DNA of 64,000 nucleotides from NCBI GenBank assembly GCA_964016885.1, contig OZ024740.1:210118001-210182000 (forward strand), given 5' to 3'. The translations under genes were made by a program, and so were the position numbers. Origin of the DNA: Eledone cirrhosa. Its lineage: Eukaryota. The notes beneath the pieces were generated by a model. The model was not told where the DNA came from, made no database searches, and saw only the letters and a program-made list of their open reading frames with translations. Numbering within the stretch: position 1 is the first letter of the stretch; each line of letters opens with the position of its first letter. This document shows, piece by piece, positions 25,922 through 40,591 of the stretch.

Positions 25922-26516
25922 GGAGCACTCCAGCCAGTATCTCAAAGAACTCTGTCATCCCATCAGGTGTAATGACTTGGGCTTTGGTGTTGGTGTAGAG
26001 CAGTGATATCAGGTCCACTATCTTCTTGGGGATTCCATAAGCCTGTAAGATCTTCTTCAGGCAGTGACGGTCCACAGAATCAAAGGCCTTCCTAGTAGAG
26101 TCTGTGCTGCAGTACGGGTCTGAGACTTGGACACTGACCAAGAAACTCACTCAGATTGTGGATGGGTGCTACACGAGAATGCTGAGGATGGCTCTGAACA
26201 TTAATCAGTATACACTGAGGATGAAAAACTCAGAGCTGTATGGGAGCCTCCCAAAAGTCAGCTCAAAAGTGACACAGAGGAGACTGAGGTTAACTGGACA
26301 TGCTCACCGTCATCCAGGGTTGACATTGCACTCGGTGTTCCTGTGGGAGCCCCTACATGGACACACTGGAAGAGGAAGACCAAGGTTAACATATGTTGAT
26401 GCCCTAAGGACAGACACTGGTCTGTTGGAGACGCAGGACATGGCAGCGATAATGAGGGACAGAGACCGCTGGAGAGAACTCGTCCATGGATATCGGGAAT
26501 TTTACCCGCCCTAGAT
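25918..26516 (+). mobile_element. RTE LINE with an inverted 5' segment, inserted in (TA)n
   Basis: 25918-26091 (-) encodes RT motifs KAFDSVD…AGVLQG; 26093-26514 (+) encodes LQYGSETWTLTK…GRGRPR…W and a stop. Confidence 0.88.
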
Positions 26517-26783
26517 AGATATATATATACAAATATGTCTCTGTGCGTGTGTGTAATATATTTTCCTTGCGAAGGCTTCCAATAGTTGAAAGTGTTTAGA
26601 TTTTTTCTTTTCACTGCGATTGCTTCAGTTTAGTTGTTCGTTTCGTAACCACGTGGTTTCGAGTTCAGTCCAACTGCATGGCTCATTGGACGTCGTCTAC
26701 TCTAGCTTTAAGTTGACCAATGTTTTGCGAGGGAGACGTGGTAGACAGAAACTCTATGGAAGCCGTCGTATATATATATATAT

Positions 26784-26911
<128 letters not shown>

Positions 26912-27772
26912 ACACACACACGCACGCATATATATATATATGTGTGTGTGTATGTGTATGTGTGTAAGAGAGAGAGAAGTATCAGTGTTTGATTATGTCC
27001 AGTAACTTAGTGGTTCGTCACAAAGGGATCAACAAAATGATCAAACTAGAATAAAATACTCTTGCTGATACAAACAACTAAACCCCTTAAACCTTTCGTT
27101 ACCATACAATGAAGACTTGATAAATTTCTCATTAAGCTGGTGTTTGGAACATTACTTAACAAAAGTTCTGACATAATTATGACGGAAAGTTTTTAGATAA
27201 ATACTAGCAGAATGGCCCGGCGTTGCTCGGGATTCTAAACGTAGATTAGCATGTTTATCCCTCCTTTCGGAAACAGTACAGAGAAGTACGGAATACCTCG
27301 GCCTCGGGATGGTGTCTATATTTTGTGCTTATAAAAAAAATTCGTCGTAGATTACCAGGGGTTTAACTTAGTTGGGTGCCTGAGAGTAAAATGTTCAACC
27401 CACGAAAGCCAAGACGATAGGGTTAAGTAAAAAGGCATTCGACAAACCGAACATGTATTTGTTGTGCTATGGTACAATGAAAGCAATAGTCACAGAGCAG
27501 TAAGCATGTGGGACTGCAGTCGTGGAGAGTGGTGTGGTCTTACTCCTTTCAATGTGTCGTCGTATGTTCACCAATTGATGAAGAAGTCCTAATGAAAAGT
27601 GAAGTCGCCTTGGGTGAATAGGCAAATAATTTTCCATTACGATTTTTCAAAAGCATGTAATTACGTTCCCTCTCTTTTTTTGTTGTTGTTTTTGCTGCTG
27701 TTTATATTTTGTTTTTGTGTATGCAAAAATATCTGTACACGAATATATAATTATATATATATATCTATATTA

Positions 27773-27837
27773 TATTTTATCTGATGAAAGCGCACCATAA
27801 TTTGCTTTGGTGTCCTTGAAATATGTATAATGAAATA
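27773..27837 (+). ncRNA. Type I HHR
   Basis: TATTTTAT-CTGATGA-AAGCGCACCA…TGGTGTCCTT-GAAA-TATGTA-TA-ATGAAATA. Confidence 0.82.
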
Positions 27838-27966
27838 AATATGGTTTTATAAATATAGTTTCCATTTGTTAATATATTGTATTTTTACTCCAAAAATTTG
27901 TTGAGTGCTTTATATCAGTTATAAAAATATTTGCTTGTTGTATCCCAACAAATTAAATATAACTTC

Positions 27967-28049
<83 letters not shown>

Positions 28050-28491
28050 GTTTGTATTTGTAAAGCCAAAACAATGCAGGTATGGACATAGAATAAAAAA
28101 TGCAAATTAGTCTTTTACCTTAGATTTATTTAAATGTCCTTAATTTTCGAGATAATATCTCTTCTTCGGAGGGAAGTAAAGCGGTTAAACCAGTGTTCTA
28201 AATAGCTTACCAAGTCATGCTGACAGGAAATGGTATAGAGTATCTGTTCTATCTCTAATGTCAAAGAGTTAAGGTTAGGTGGATAAAGAGTAGTCTCCCT
28301 TTAAAAGGGGTTTTGTACATGTCTGTTTAAGTGTGTGGGAGAATGCGTGAAGGTGTAAGTATGTGTGTGTATATGAGTGTGAGAAGATATATCTATACGT
28401 AAATGTGAGGGATAGATGTTCTCTCGTGTTAGAACTGGTCTGTGTGTGTGTATGTGTGTGTGTGAGAGAATAAGTGGAGGTGTAAGCGCAC

Positions 28492-28552
<61 letters not shown>

Positions 28553-28604
28553 CGCGTGTGTGTGTGGTGGGGGGGGGGGTGTAAGTATGGGCCTAGATGC
28601 TCTA

Positions 28605-29586
28605 TCAAGTTATAAATTGGGTGTTGAGTTCTAGTCTATTATTGATTGGTGGTTGTGTTTTGTCTATAATTAGTGCTTCCTTAATTCTAAGATTGCCGAG
28701 GTTTCTTTCCTTAGTTTCTATCCTAACTGTTATGGTTTTGTGGGTGTTTTTGCATTTCACTAGGTGTTTCTTAAATGAGGAAGCGTTAGTATTGAGGTGT
28801 TCTTTTATTCTTATGTGGAGTAGTCTGGTGGTGCTACCTACGTAGAAGTTGCTGCATTTGTCGCACTCTAGTCTGTATACGACATAAACCTGGTGGCATA
28901 GGTCTGTGTTGTTGATGGGGCAGTTGGCTAGCCTGCAGCGGTTGTCATGTCTGGTGGAGTGTCTTTTGGTTAGCTGTCCGCGTAGAGAAGGTCCTGAGTG
29001 GGCCAGTTGGATATCTAGTCCCTCTCGTCTGATAGCACTGCGGATGGCTGTTGTTGTTTCATCACTGAAGTGTGGGACCTTCAGGAAGCAACAAGTGTTA
29101 GTGCCTCGGGTGTGCTGTCCTCTGTTCTTTCTGGCACGGTTTGTGGTGAATGTCATGTATCCGTTCAGTTTGAGTACTTCCAGGAAATGTGTGGTGTGTG
29201 TTCCTCGGTCTCTAGCGTCGGTGCATTTGTTCCGGATACGTGTTAGTTCGTTCCTTATGTATCCGAACTTAGCGCCGGCTGGGAGGGCCGATCTGAAATG
29301 TACGAACAGGTCCCTGCTGGCGGTTTTTTTTATAGAAGCAGGTGTGGATGTTGCATTCCTCTGTTACCCTGAGTTGGAAGTCCAGTAGGGATAGGGATCC
29401 GCGATCATCGGGGTGTTCCATGCTGAACTTTATACTGGCGTCCATGCTGGAGAATGTTGTGTATATTTTATCCGCCTCCTCACGCGATGATGTAAGGATG
29501 AGTATGTCATCTACATATCGGGTGAAGAAGGTATGGGAATGGCAGGTGTTGAGGGTTCGGCATTCTAGCTGGTTCAAATGCAGCAA
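28605..29586 (-). pseudogene. PLE reverse transcriptase C-terminus and GIY-YIG endonuclease, frameshifted
   Basis: FTRYVDDILIL, SIKFSME, SLSLLD; VVYRLECDKCSNFYVGSTTRLLHIRIKEH…IKEALII…QPPINN. Confidence 0.92.
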
Positions 29587-29859
29587 CTTCTACGTAGGTA
29601 GCACCACCAGACCACTCCACATAAGAATAAAAGAACACCTCAATACTAACGCTTCCTCATTTAAGAAACACCTAGTAAAATGCAAAAACACCCACAAAAC
29701 CATAACAGTTAGGATAGAAACTAAGGAAAGAAACCTCGGCAATCTTAGAATTAAGGAAGCACTAATTATAGACAAAACACAACCACCAATCAATAATAGA
29801 CTAGAACTCAACACCCAATTTATAACTTGATAGAGTCTAGGCCCATACTTACACCCCCT

Positions 29860-29893
<34 letters not shown>

Positions 29894-30200
29894 TACACCT
29901 CCACTTATTCTCTCTCTTACACACACACACAAAACTAGTTCTAACACGAGAGAACATCTATCCCCCACATTTACGTATAGACATATCTTCTCACACTCAC
30001 ACACACACACATACTTACACCTTCACGCATTCTCCCACACACTTAAACAGACATGTACAAAACCCCTTTTAAAGGGAGACTACTCTTTATCCACCTAACC
30101 TTAACTCTTTGACATTAGAGATAGAACAGATACTCTATACCATTTCCTGTCAGCATGACTTGGCAAGCTATTTAGAACACTGGTTTAACCGCTTTACTTC

Positions 30201-30235
30201 CCTCCGAAGAAGAGATATTATCTCGAAAATTAAGG
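30201..30235 (+). ncRNA. Minimal HHR in the PLE pLTR (U4C core); mirror copy at 28138-28172 (-)
   Basis: CCT-CCGAAGA-A-GAGAT-ATT-ATCTC-GAAA-AT-TA-AGG. Confidence 0.6.
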
Positions 30236-30623
30236 ACATTTAAATAAATCTAAGGTAAAAGACTAATTGTCAACAATATCTTTTGCATTTGCATTTTTTA
30301 TTCTATGTCCATACTTGCATTGTTTTGGCTTTACAAATACAAACGTTTATACCTCATTACACAATGCTTCAAGTGAACTATAACTTCCTCCATATATATA
30401 TATATATATATTAAAATAACAGATTAAAGTTTAAGCAATGAATCGCTGCTTTCACCCTTAACGGGATCTTCTGAAACTAAAACGATAAATCTGTGAACGC
30501 AGAAGTAAATATTCCGAAAAACGTTATACACTATATATATATATATATATATATATGTAATAAAATGGGGAGAAAAATACTGCTGGTAGCACATGGATAA
30601 CATGTAATAAAATAAGTCCCTCA

Positions 30624-30668
<45 letters not shown>

Positions 30669-30967
30669 TATATATATACATATATACACACACACAGATA
30701 GTGTCATAATGTCGAAATGCAGACAGCCAGACATACAGACAGATATTATAAGGGCGCGACGTTCGGCGCCTAATGCGGTCCCTAGGGCATTGAAAATTTG
30801 AAATACTTTTTGATCAAAACATTCACACAGCCATAAGTATTACATGTGTAAAGTTTGAAAACAATCGGTTGAGTGGTTCTCGAGTGTTAGGGAGTCAGAC
30901 AGACAGATAGACAGATACACATTTTCTGTTTTAGATATATAGACTAGCAGAAAACCACACGTGGGCG

Positions 30968-31262
30968 GTTTTCTGCTAGTCTATATATCTAAAACAGAGA
31001 ATGTCTGTCTGTCAGCTCACTAAAACTTGAGAACCATCCAACCGATTGTTTTCAAACTTTAGACATGTAATACTTGTGGTCCTGTGAGTGTTTTGAGCAA
31101 AAATTATTTCAAATTTTCAATGCCCTAGGGACCGCATTAGGCAATTTAGAGTTCTCTCTATATAATTCTTAGTCTTTCTTTTTAGATAGATACATAGATA
31201 TAACGTTGCGCCCTTATAATATCTGTCTGTATGTCTGGCTGTCTGCATTACGTCATTATGAT
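30968..31262 (-). mobile_element. Inverted copy of the Helitron-like 3' end
   Basis: Mirror image about ~30962 (ACTAGCAGAAAACC…GGTTTTCTGCTAGT). Confidence 0.75.
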
Positions 31263-31864
31263 GCGCTCAGTGTGTGTGTGTATATATATATGTATCGTAA
31301 TGCAGACAGCAAGACATAGCTTTCCATCCCTTCTTCCAGCGTCTCTCTCTCTCTCCCTCCCGCTATCCCCCTCTTGTAGTCTGTCTCTTTCTTTCACTCT
31401 CACTCCCTCTCTACGCGTCGGACAGACAGACAGACAGACAGAGAGATTGCTGGTTATATATTATAAGGAGATATACACTTTAAAACTAACAGTTTTGTAT
31501 CGTAGAAGCAGGGGTGGCTTCAAACTGTTTGGTATCAAACAGGTTCAAGGCGTTGCTCCAGCATGGACACAGTCTTATGAATGCAATCAGTAAAAACATA
31601 AGAATTGTAATAAGTCCACATTACGTGGATCAGCAGTATCAGTAGAGCGTCGGACGCCATGCTTTGACGCATAGAGTTACGGCCCTTGCCATTCTGATTT
31701 CAAATCCCGCCGAGGTTAACTTTGCCTTTCATCCTTACGGGGTCGATAAAATAAAGTACCAGTAATGTACTGGCTAATTGCTGGCCTTGTGCCAATAGTA
31801 GAAACAATTATGTTATTGACAAATGTTTTTCTTCGTTTTCAAACACAAACGTTCACCAATATAA

Positions 31865-31895
<31 letters not shown>

Positions 31896-31956
31896 TGTAT
31901 GTATGTATGTATGTATGTATGTATGTATGTATGTATGTATGTATGTATGTATGTAT

Positions 31957-32393
31957 CTTCAGAGTCAATGGCCATCCAAAATCACCGGGAGAGATGACCC
32001 CTTAGCCTTTGTCAAGGCAGAATTCTAGGAGAAGGAAAACTCTGATATAACACCTGCAACCCTGATGGTATCCAATGATGTTGACTTGTTCTTCTTTTTG
32101 GTAAATATCATGTTGGTTAAGAGAGTGGGACTGGCTTTGTGCAGTGCCTTTGCTCACTATAAAAGCTTCACGACACAGGCATTGCTTTATATCTGGAGAT
32201 CTCTGCACTTGTCGTCACATGGTACCATGGGCCCAGCACTATGTGTCAATAATTGTCACAAGTGTAGTGTTTCTACCAGAGTTTTCAAGTCGCTGGCTGG
32301 ACTAAAAAGTCACACTCGTTCAGCGCATCGGTGGGGGTTCTCCTACATGGATATAAAGTAGTGGCCATACTCGAAAACGAGTTGGCAGCCACC

Positions 32394-32395
<2 letters not shown>
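31957..32395 (+). mobile_element. Non-autonomous RTE derivative in (TATG)n
   Basis: Homologous to 12879-13336. Confidence 0.8.
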
Positions 32396-32455
<60 letters not shown>

Positions 32456-32924
32456 GTATGTATGTATGTATGTATGTATGTATGTATGTATGTATGTATG
32501 TGTGTATGTATGTATGTTCTTCTGGTTTTATAATTTCACGAAGTTTTACCAGTAGAGAGAGAGTCGGTTTCTAACATAGACACAAGACTCTCTCATTGGA
32601 ATTTACACAACATCAACTAGGTAGATATGTATGTATGCATGCATGTGTAGATATGGATGTTATTGTATGTGTAGATGTGTATGTTTTGAGTTGTATGGGT
32701 GCATGTGTATATGCTTTGTATCTGTACATGTGTATATGCAGTTATTAGATGAAAAATATTTGGAATGTTTTACATATTTTTACTGTTCCATTAATGGATT
32801 GTACTATGTATGTATGTATGTATGTATGTATGTATGTATGTATGTATGTATGTATGTATGTATGTATGTATGTATGCATGTATGTATGTATGTTTTTATG
32901 TATGTATGTTTTTATCTATGTATG

Positions 32925-33124
32925 CAGTGCCGGATTTAGGACAAATGAGGCCCTGTGCTAATTAAGTTATGAGGCCCCTTATTTGAAAAACAGTTGAAAA
33001 ATGCATCGTAAAATTCGGCGGTGGGTGGGAGTGGGGGGGGGGGGGGGGCAGGAAGATGGGTCTCCTCTTGTCAACGGGGCCCTGTGCTTAAACAAACCTA
33101 AGAACAGTGGTAAATCCGGCACTG
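32925..33124. mobile_element. hAT-type MITE
   Basis: 14-bp TIR CAGTGCCGGATTTA; TATGTATG on both flanks. Confidence 0.85.
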
Positions 33125-33190
33125 TATGTATGTATGTATCTATGTAGGTATGTATATATATATGTATGTATGTATGTGTGTATGTGTGTA

Positions 33191-33508
33191 TGTTGACTTG
33201 TTCTTCTTTTTGGTAAATATCATGTTGGTTAAGAGAGTGGGACTGGCTTTGTGCAGTGCCTTTGCTCACTATAAAAGCTTCACGGCACAGGCATTGCTTT
33301 ATATCTGGAGATCTCTCTACACTTGTCGTCACATGGTACCATGGGCCCAGCACTATGTGTCAATAATTGTTACAAGTGTAGTGTTTGTACCAGAGTATTC
33401 AAGTCGTTGGCTGGACTAAAGTCACATTCGTTCAGCGCATCGGTAGGGGTTCTCCTACATGGATATAAAGTAGTGGCCGTACTCGAAAACGAGTTTGGCA
33501 GCCACCAT
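33191..33508 (+). mobile_element. 5'-truncated copy of the (TATG)n RTE derivative
   Basis: Homologous to 32079-32395. Confidence 0.8.
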
Positions 33509-33792
33509 GTGTATATATATGTATGTGAGTATGCGTGTATGTATGTATGTATGTATGTATGTATGTATGTATGTATGTATGTATGTATGTATGTACGTAT
33601 GTATGTATGTATGTATGTATGTATGTATGTATGTATGCATGTATGTATGGATATATGTATGTATGTATCTCTGTACGTATGTACGTATGTACGTATGTAC
33701 GTATGTATGTATATGTGTGTGTGTACATGTTTAATTCTTTTTCTGATGACTCAGCTGTTTCTTTTTTCTTTTCCCGAATGTGTACGTGAATT

Positions 33793-33956
<164 letters not shown>

Positions 33957-34541
33957 CGTGTGTGTGTGTGTATCTTAGGTATGTCTATAGATATGTGAAG
34001 AGGCAACCTAGAATTTTATGCAATCAGGAAATCTCTAAACAGAATAACTGCCGCAACACTTAGCTTTACTAAGGACACTAAACTCTATATTTTAAACAAT
34101 ACTTCATTATCATAAAAAAGAAATATGGCGGGAAATACTATTATAGTTTTTGTTTGTTGCATCACTTTTGATACCATCTGCTTTTAATTACAACCAACTC
34201 GGAAAACTTCCTTCCATTATAAAAACATTCATACTTTCCCGTATATACACATACACAATTCCATGTATCACACACACAAACACACACATATATATATACA
34301 CATATATATATATATGTATATATATATATTCATATAGATATATATATATGTATATATATACATACATATATATATATATGTGAATATATATAAAATGTAT
34401 CTATGTATATATATATATATGTATATATGTGTATATGTATATATGTGTATATGTGTATATATATATGTATATATATATGTGTGTGTGTATATATATATAT
34501 ATATATAGGTATATATATATGTAAACAAAAATATATATATG

Positions 34542-34578
<37 letters not shown>

Positions 34579-37500
34579 AAGTGTGTGCATGTGTGTATGT
34601 AGGTATGTAGGTATGTATGCATCTTTGGGTCTGTTTGTTAATGTACCAACAGCTGTATTATCAGTTTATTATTTAGCAGTATAAAGAAGAAGAAAACATA
34701 TACAAATATTCACGGAGATATCGCAATTATATAATTTAAAAAAAATATTCTTCCTTATGTTTGAAAAGTTGCAAAGCGGAATTCACTCTCTCACACACAC
34801 ACACACACGCAAACACACTAATACATTAGGAAAAAATAAACACGTATATATATTCACACACAAGCATATGTATACACACTATTTATGATAAGCAGAAGAG
34901 CAGATGGCCTGAAAAAATATTATGAAAGTTATGTCGCCATTTTTTAAGACTGAATAGAATCAATAGAACTGCCCTAGAATAGGGCACATTGGATACTGGG
35001 GATTTGGCTGTTGTGTACCTTACCAAAAGACGAGATGATCCCGACTGGTAAGTTCCTGGTCATAGGTTTGCTTCATCAGAGCAGAGCTAGGCCTAAGCAA
35101 CAAAAAATAATTATTGATACAGTTTATATATCCTTACTTTATCATTGTCCGCTCTACGTACGATGACGCCCCCGGGACCGCTGACCAGAATGCCCACAGT
35201 CCCATCGAGCAAGAGCAATAGATGGGATGAGATGACTATATATAACTGACCCCCATTTTTGTTGTTGTTGTATTTCAGCCCTGGTCAAGCAGGCCTCTGG
35301 TCAAAGGCATTCTAGCCGCGACCTAGTTTATTTTAAACATTATCAAATATGCTATTCCTTTTTAAAATCAAAAGCAGGTCAAACGATAAATTAGAGACTC
35401 CCATGGTGGCTTGTGTTGCTGCTGCTGTTGTTGTTGTTGTTGTTGTTGATGATGATGATGATGATGATGATGATGACGATGATGATGCTGTCATAGCTAC
35501 ACTCTCTCGTGAAACTCATTCATATCACTCATGTCTGATACTATAACATATTGCTTGTAGAGGCTAGTGTTTGGTTTCATAAAAGCCATATTGATAGTTA
35601 ATATGTCTGATTAGGAGACATCGAATTGGCAGAGACGTTAGAACCTCAGATAGAATGTGTTGTGGTATTCGTTCCGACTCTCTACGGTTTACGTTCAAAT
35701 CCCGCCGAGGTCAACTTTACCGTTCATCTTTTCGTGGTCGATAAAATAAGCACCAGTTCAGTACTGGGGTTAATTATTCCTCTACACCTATTTCTTATTT
35801 CTTCTCTATCATTCTTTAGAAAAAATCGACTGTGTTCAAATCTGGAGAGGAGATAAGCTCCGCCAGCTTTAAAATGTCTAAGGTGTGTCGTATGTTACTA
35901 CGGCACCCCTACGACTCCACCATACGTCCATACACTGTCTGATTGAGATGGATATAATATAAGAGATTTGATTGATATTTCTAGCAGGCTACATATCCAC
36001 GTAAATGTTTCCCTCGTTGGCTTGATGGGTGCAGTAGATAGGTTTTAGTTGATACGATAGAAAGTTTGCTTGTTCGGATGATCAGGAATTGTTATTATAG
36101 ATGTGACTGGAAGAATACATCAAATCATTATTCTAGAGATCAAGAATGTTGGAGAGGAATTCAGGCTATTTTTTAGCTAGAATACCACCGAGGTCAACTT
36201 TACCTTTTATACTCTCCCGAGGTTGGAAAGATACCAATATAATTGATTTCCCTTCCTCCCGAAATCAGAAGGTCTTGTTCCTAGATTAGAAATCATTATT
36301 TTAGGGCGGTGGATTGGAAGTATCAGTAGAGAGTCGGACGCCATGCTTTCCAGCATAGTTACGTCCCTTTACGGTCTGAGTTCAAATCCCGCCGAGGTTA
36401 ACTTTGCCTTTCATCCTTACGGGGTCGATAAAATAAAGTACCAGTAATGTACTGGGTAATTGCTGGCCTTGTGCCAAAAGTAGAAACAATTATTTTAGGT
36501 ATTTTCAATTCATATCTCAATGTCAGGTTTTGGCTCCAAAATTCAAACAAATTTAAACGACCACCCCACTCCGAGTAGATCGATCGATCAGTTTGACAAC
36601 ACCTGCTATAGAATGTAGTAACGTTATAATTCAACTAAACAAGGTAAGCCGTACGGGGTAAGCTTAGATATTCCAATTCCATTCGATATATCACCACTAG
36701 TAGAATATTTGGTATCAAAGTTTTTTTTTCATTGGTATGGTAGCAAATGTGGTAAAATTGTCGTTCTTCTATTACTGATTTATTTTCAGTAAAAATATAA
36801 GCACATTTAAACCTTTGAGTAGAGAAATTACACGCCATGGAAAACCTTTGACATTATATAGAAATTATTGAGCAATCTCTAATAAAACAAAACATGGGAC
36901 TGTGGTCGTTCTGGTCAGCGGTCCCGGGGGCGTCACGGTACGTAGAGCGGACAGTGATAAAGTGGGGATATATAAACTGTAGCAAGGGAATATTAAAAGG
37001 AAGAAAAAAAAGGAAATGAAAAGAAAAAGGAACAAACTACGAAAGAAAAGGAGAGGGGGGGCGACAGATTCTGCACCCCAGTCTGAGCGGTGCCTTAGCC
37101 GCGCGCCGCGGACAAAATGGCGAAGGCGTTACTGCGCATAATGCCCAGAGACAGCCAACTCACTTCATGGGACTCCCTCCTCAAGCGGACCGCATTATTT
37201 CCAACTTTACAGAGGAAATCATCAGTGCAGGGACCAAAAACACCAGAGGTCTTGTGTATGATTCACAGATTATCTATAATTTAGGCTGCATATAACGAAA
37301 AGTAAAACAGGAAAAAAAAGAAAGAAAAGAAAAGGAAAACTATTAAATCAGAATGTGAAGGAATTTAGAAAGAAAATGAACATGTACATATGTTAAAGCT
37401 CGGCTACGTCTTTATTCAATCAAATATGTGCTGTGAAGACACCACAAGTGGTAGAAAGTCTGTTTATTAAGATTCTAAACCATGAAATTCATTTCCCGAA

Positions 37501-39109
37501 TCCCATATTTCTACATAAGCACGTTTCTGTATTTAAATATGTTAATACAAATACAATTATATACATACACAATTATATTTGCATGTATGTGTAAAAGATT
37601 ATATGCATATTTAAACATTTTCTAAAAGGATCAAACAAGAAAAATAGTTGGTATCAACAGGCTCCGGAGTCCCTACTGTTTTTAGGGGATTCAAGAGGAA
37701 ATTTTACTCTAGTGCATGTAAACATTCATAAACACAATTTCAAAGATATATATACACATACACACAGATTCAGATAGATTAACAAACACACACATAGAAA
37801 CACGCACGATTGCACACACAATTGCATGCATGCATATACACACACGTAGAATCACCACGCAGAGAGTGAAGGAAATTGTAGCAGTATATAAAACTTAACC
37901 TCGTTCATCAGATGAAATTCTTTCATGGCATAATATTATCCGCCACCCTCTCCGTTCTCTCGCAAATATGTGAGGATTTATGTACAACTGGTTTAACACA
38001 ATACAGACATATTGGAACTATTAGTGTTATGAATTTTATAGCAACAACAATAACAACAGCAACAAATAAGGAACAGACATTCTTTCAATATGATATATAT
38101 GTAACGACAGTCGGAGGCTTCTGAGCATTCTTTTGTGATTTGTTTTTTGCTGCTTTTGTTGTTTTTTTTTTAATCTCTTTAGGGAACACAGATATAAATA
38201 GAACTCATTCGAAACACTTTCACATGCAAACACGGAGCAACAACGCATGAACACACACATACACAGACATGCACGTACACGCACACACGCACACACACAC
38301 ACACAAACATACACACACATATACACACACTCACATACACATGCACGCACGCACACACATGCACGTACACACACACACGCACACACACACGTACACGCAC
38401 ACACATGAGTGTATGCATAGACACACACACACACACTTATATAAACATGAAATGCAGAACAGATATTTCTTCAGTCCACCCGCTCTCCTTCTCCACACAC
38501 TCTATTTCTCTTCTTCTTCTATTACTCACTCACCCACCAAACTCCTATTTTTTCATCACATTTCTGTGTTATACACGTATACAACATGGAAGTTCATACA
38601 CACAAACACAAACACACACATTCCCACACTCAGATACACACATTCCATCATGGAGTTGTTTGGGGTATTTTAAGTCCCAATAAGAAGGGCCTCTCACTTT
38701 CTCCTGTTACATAACACCCCTTTGCACACCAATAATTCAAAGCATAGTTCTGTCTCATTTCTATAATAATAATAATAATTGTTTCTACTTTTGGCACAAG
38801 GCCAGCAATTACCCAGTGTATTACTGGTACTTTATTTTATCGACCCCGTAAGGATGAAAGGCAAAGTTAACCTCGGCGAATAATAATAATAATGGTTTCT
38901 TATATAGGCACAAGGCCAGCAATTTTGGGGAAGGGGAAAGTCGATTAAATCGACTCCAGTGCGTTACTGGTACTTTATTTTATCGACCCCGTAAGGATGA
39001 AGGGCAAAGTTAACCTCGGCGGGATTCGAACTCGGAATGTAAAGGGCCGTAACTTTATGAAACAAAGCATGGTGTCCGACGCTCTACCGATTCTGTCAAT
39101 CCACCGCTC

Positions 39110-39142
<33 letters not shown>

Positions 39143-39814
39143 GTAATTTATGATTTAGGCACAAGGCCAACCATTTTAGGGGAGAGGAAAGTCGATTGAA
39201 TCAACGCCAGTGCATTACTGGTACTTTATTTTATCGACCCCATAAGGATGAAAGGCAAAGTCAACCTCGACGGGATTTGAATTCAGACCGTAAAGGGCCG
39301 TAACTATGCATGGCGTCCAACTATGCATGGCATCCAACCCTCTACCGATACTGCCAATAATAATAATAACTCTTTCTTTATTGGCCACAGGGGTCCACAT
39401 ATAGGGGGTAATGCAATAGACAGGGACAGTGAGGGTTTACAATAAAATCGAGTATAAAGCAAAACAAAGATAAAAAAGAAAATATAATACGATTTCCCAA
39501 TAGAAAAATGGATAAAGGAGATTGGAGTTAAGTGCTCTGTTGATATTAACAGAAGGTTTACCTCTTGGGAGCAGGGAAGATCATCAGAAGGGTTTTGGAC
39601 ACTTGATGGCTTATACAGGTAGTAACCCGCTACTCACAGAAATCTTACCGGGTTTAAGATCAATTCTGAGACAATAGTGATGATGATGATTTTCTTTTCA
39701 TTTATTTACCACAATATCTTATACATTCATGCAAAAGTGATTAACAAATTGGATTATAGGACTTCTGGAGATGTGCATGCATTGTCATACTTTGGGAGGG
39801 TCATACTGTCAATA

Positions 39815-39954
<140 letters not shown>

Positions 39955-39959
39955 CACAC

Positions 39960-40016
<57 letters not shown>

Positions 40017-40023
40017 CACACAC

Positions 40024-40089
<66 letters not shown>

Positions 40090-40452
40090 GCACACCAGTT
40101 TGGTTTCACTTCGGTTTAATTATTAGTCAAGTAACTAATCTATTATTCAGTTGGTTTAGTAACCAGATGACTACTAAACTATGACACGTTCGTCACACAT
40201 TCTATTTTATATATGTACAAGTTTCGGATTACACCGTGGGGGAATTTATTCTTTAAAACATTGAGCTTTAAATCTTCTTGACATATCTCAACAAAGTTGA
40301 TCTCTTATTAAAATTGATAATATATATATATATATATATATATATAGTAATAATAATAAATTTGAAGACTAAAATCCATAGAGGGCTCAATAAAGATAAA
40401 TATATATCAGATATATAAGAACCGTAGTGCAAATATTTATTAAAATAACAGA

Positions 40453-40499
<47 letters not shown>

Positions 40500-40552
40500 G
40501 GATCTAGCTGTTGAAACGGCCGGAGCTCAGCCGTCGGGGTCCTGGCTCTTTT

Positions 40553-40591
<39 letters not shown>

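Larger units (their letters stand above)
28046..30392. mobile_element. 5'-truncated Penelope-like element with an inverted duplication
   Basis: 28046-29575 (-) holds the RT end, GIY-YIG and pseudo-LTR (pLTR); 29575-30349 (+) is an inverted copy of 28046-28860, with an unpaired tail to 30392; flanked by (TA)n. Confidence 0.92.
27203..30942 (+). mobile_element. Helitron/Helentron-like element with nested insertions in an internal (TA)n
   Basis: 5' ACTAGCAGAATGGCCCGGCGTTGCTCGGG; flanking modules are colinear with 57213-58017. Confidence 0.6.
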
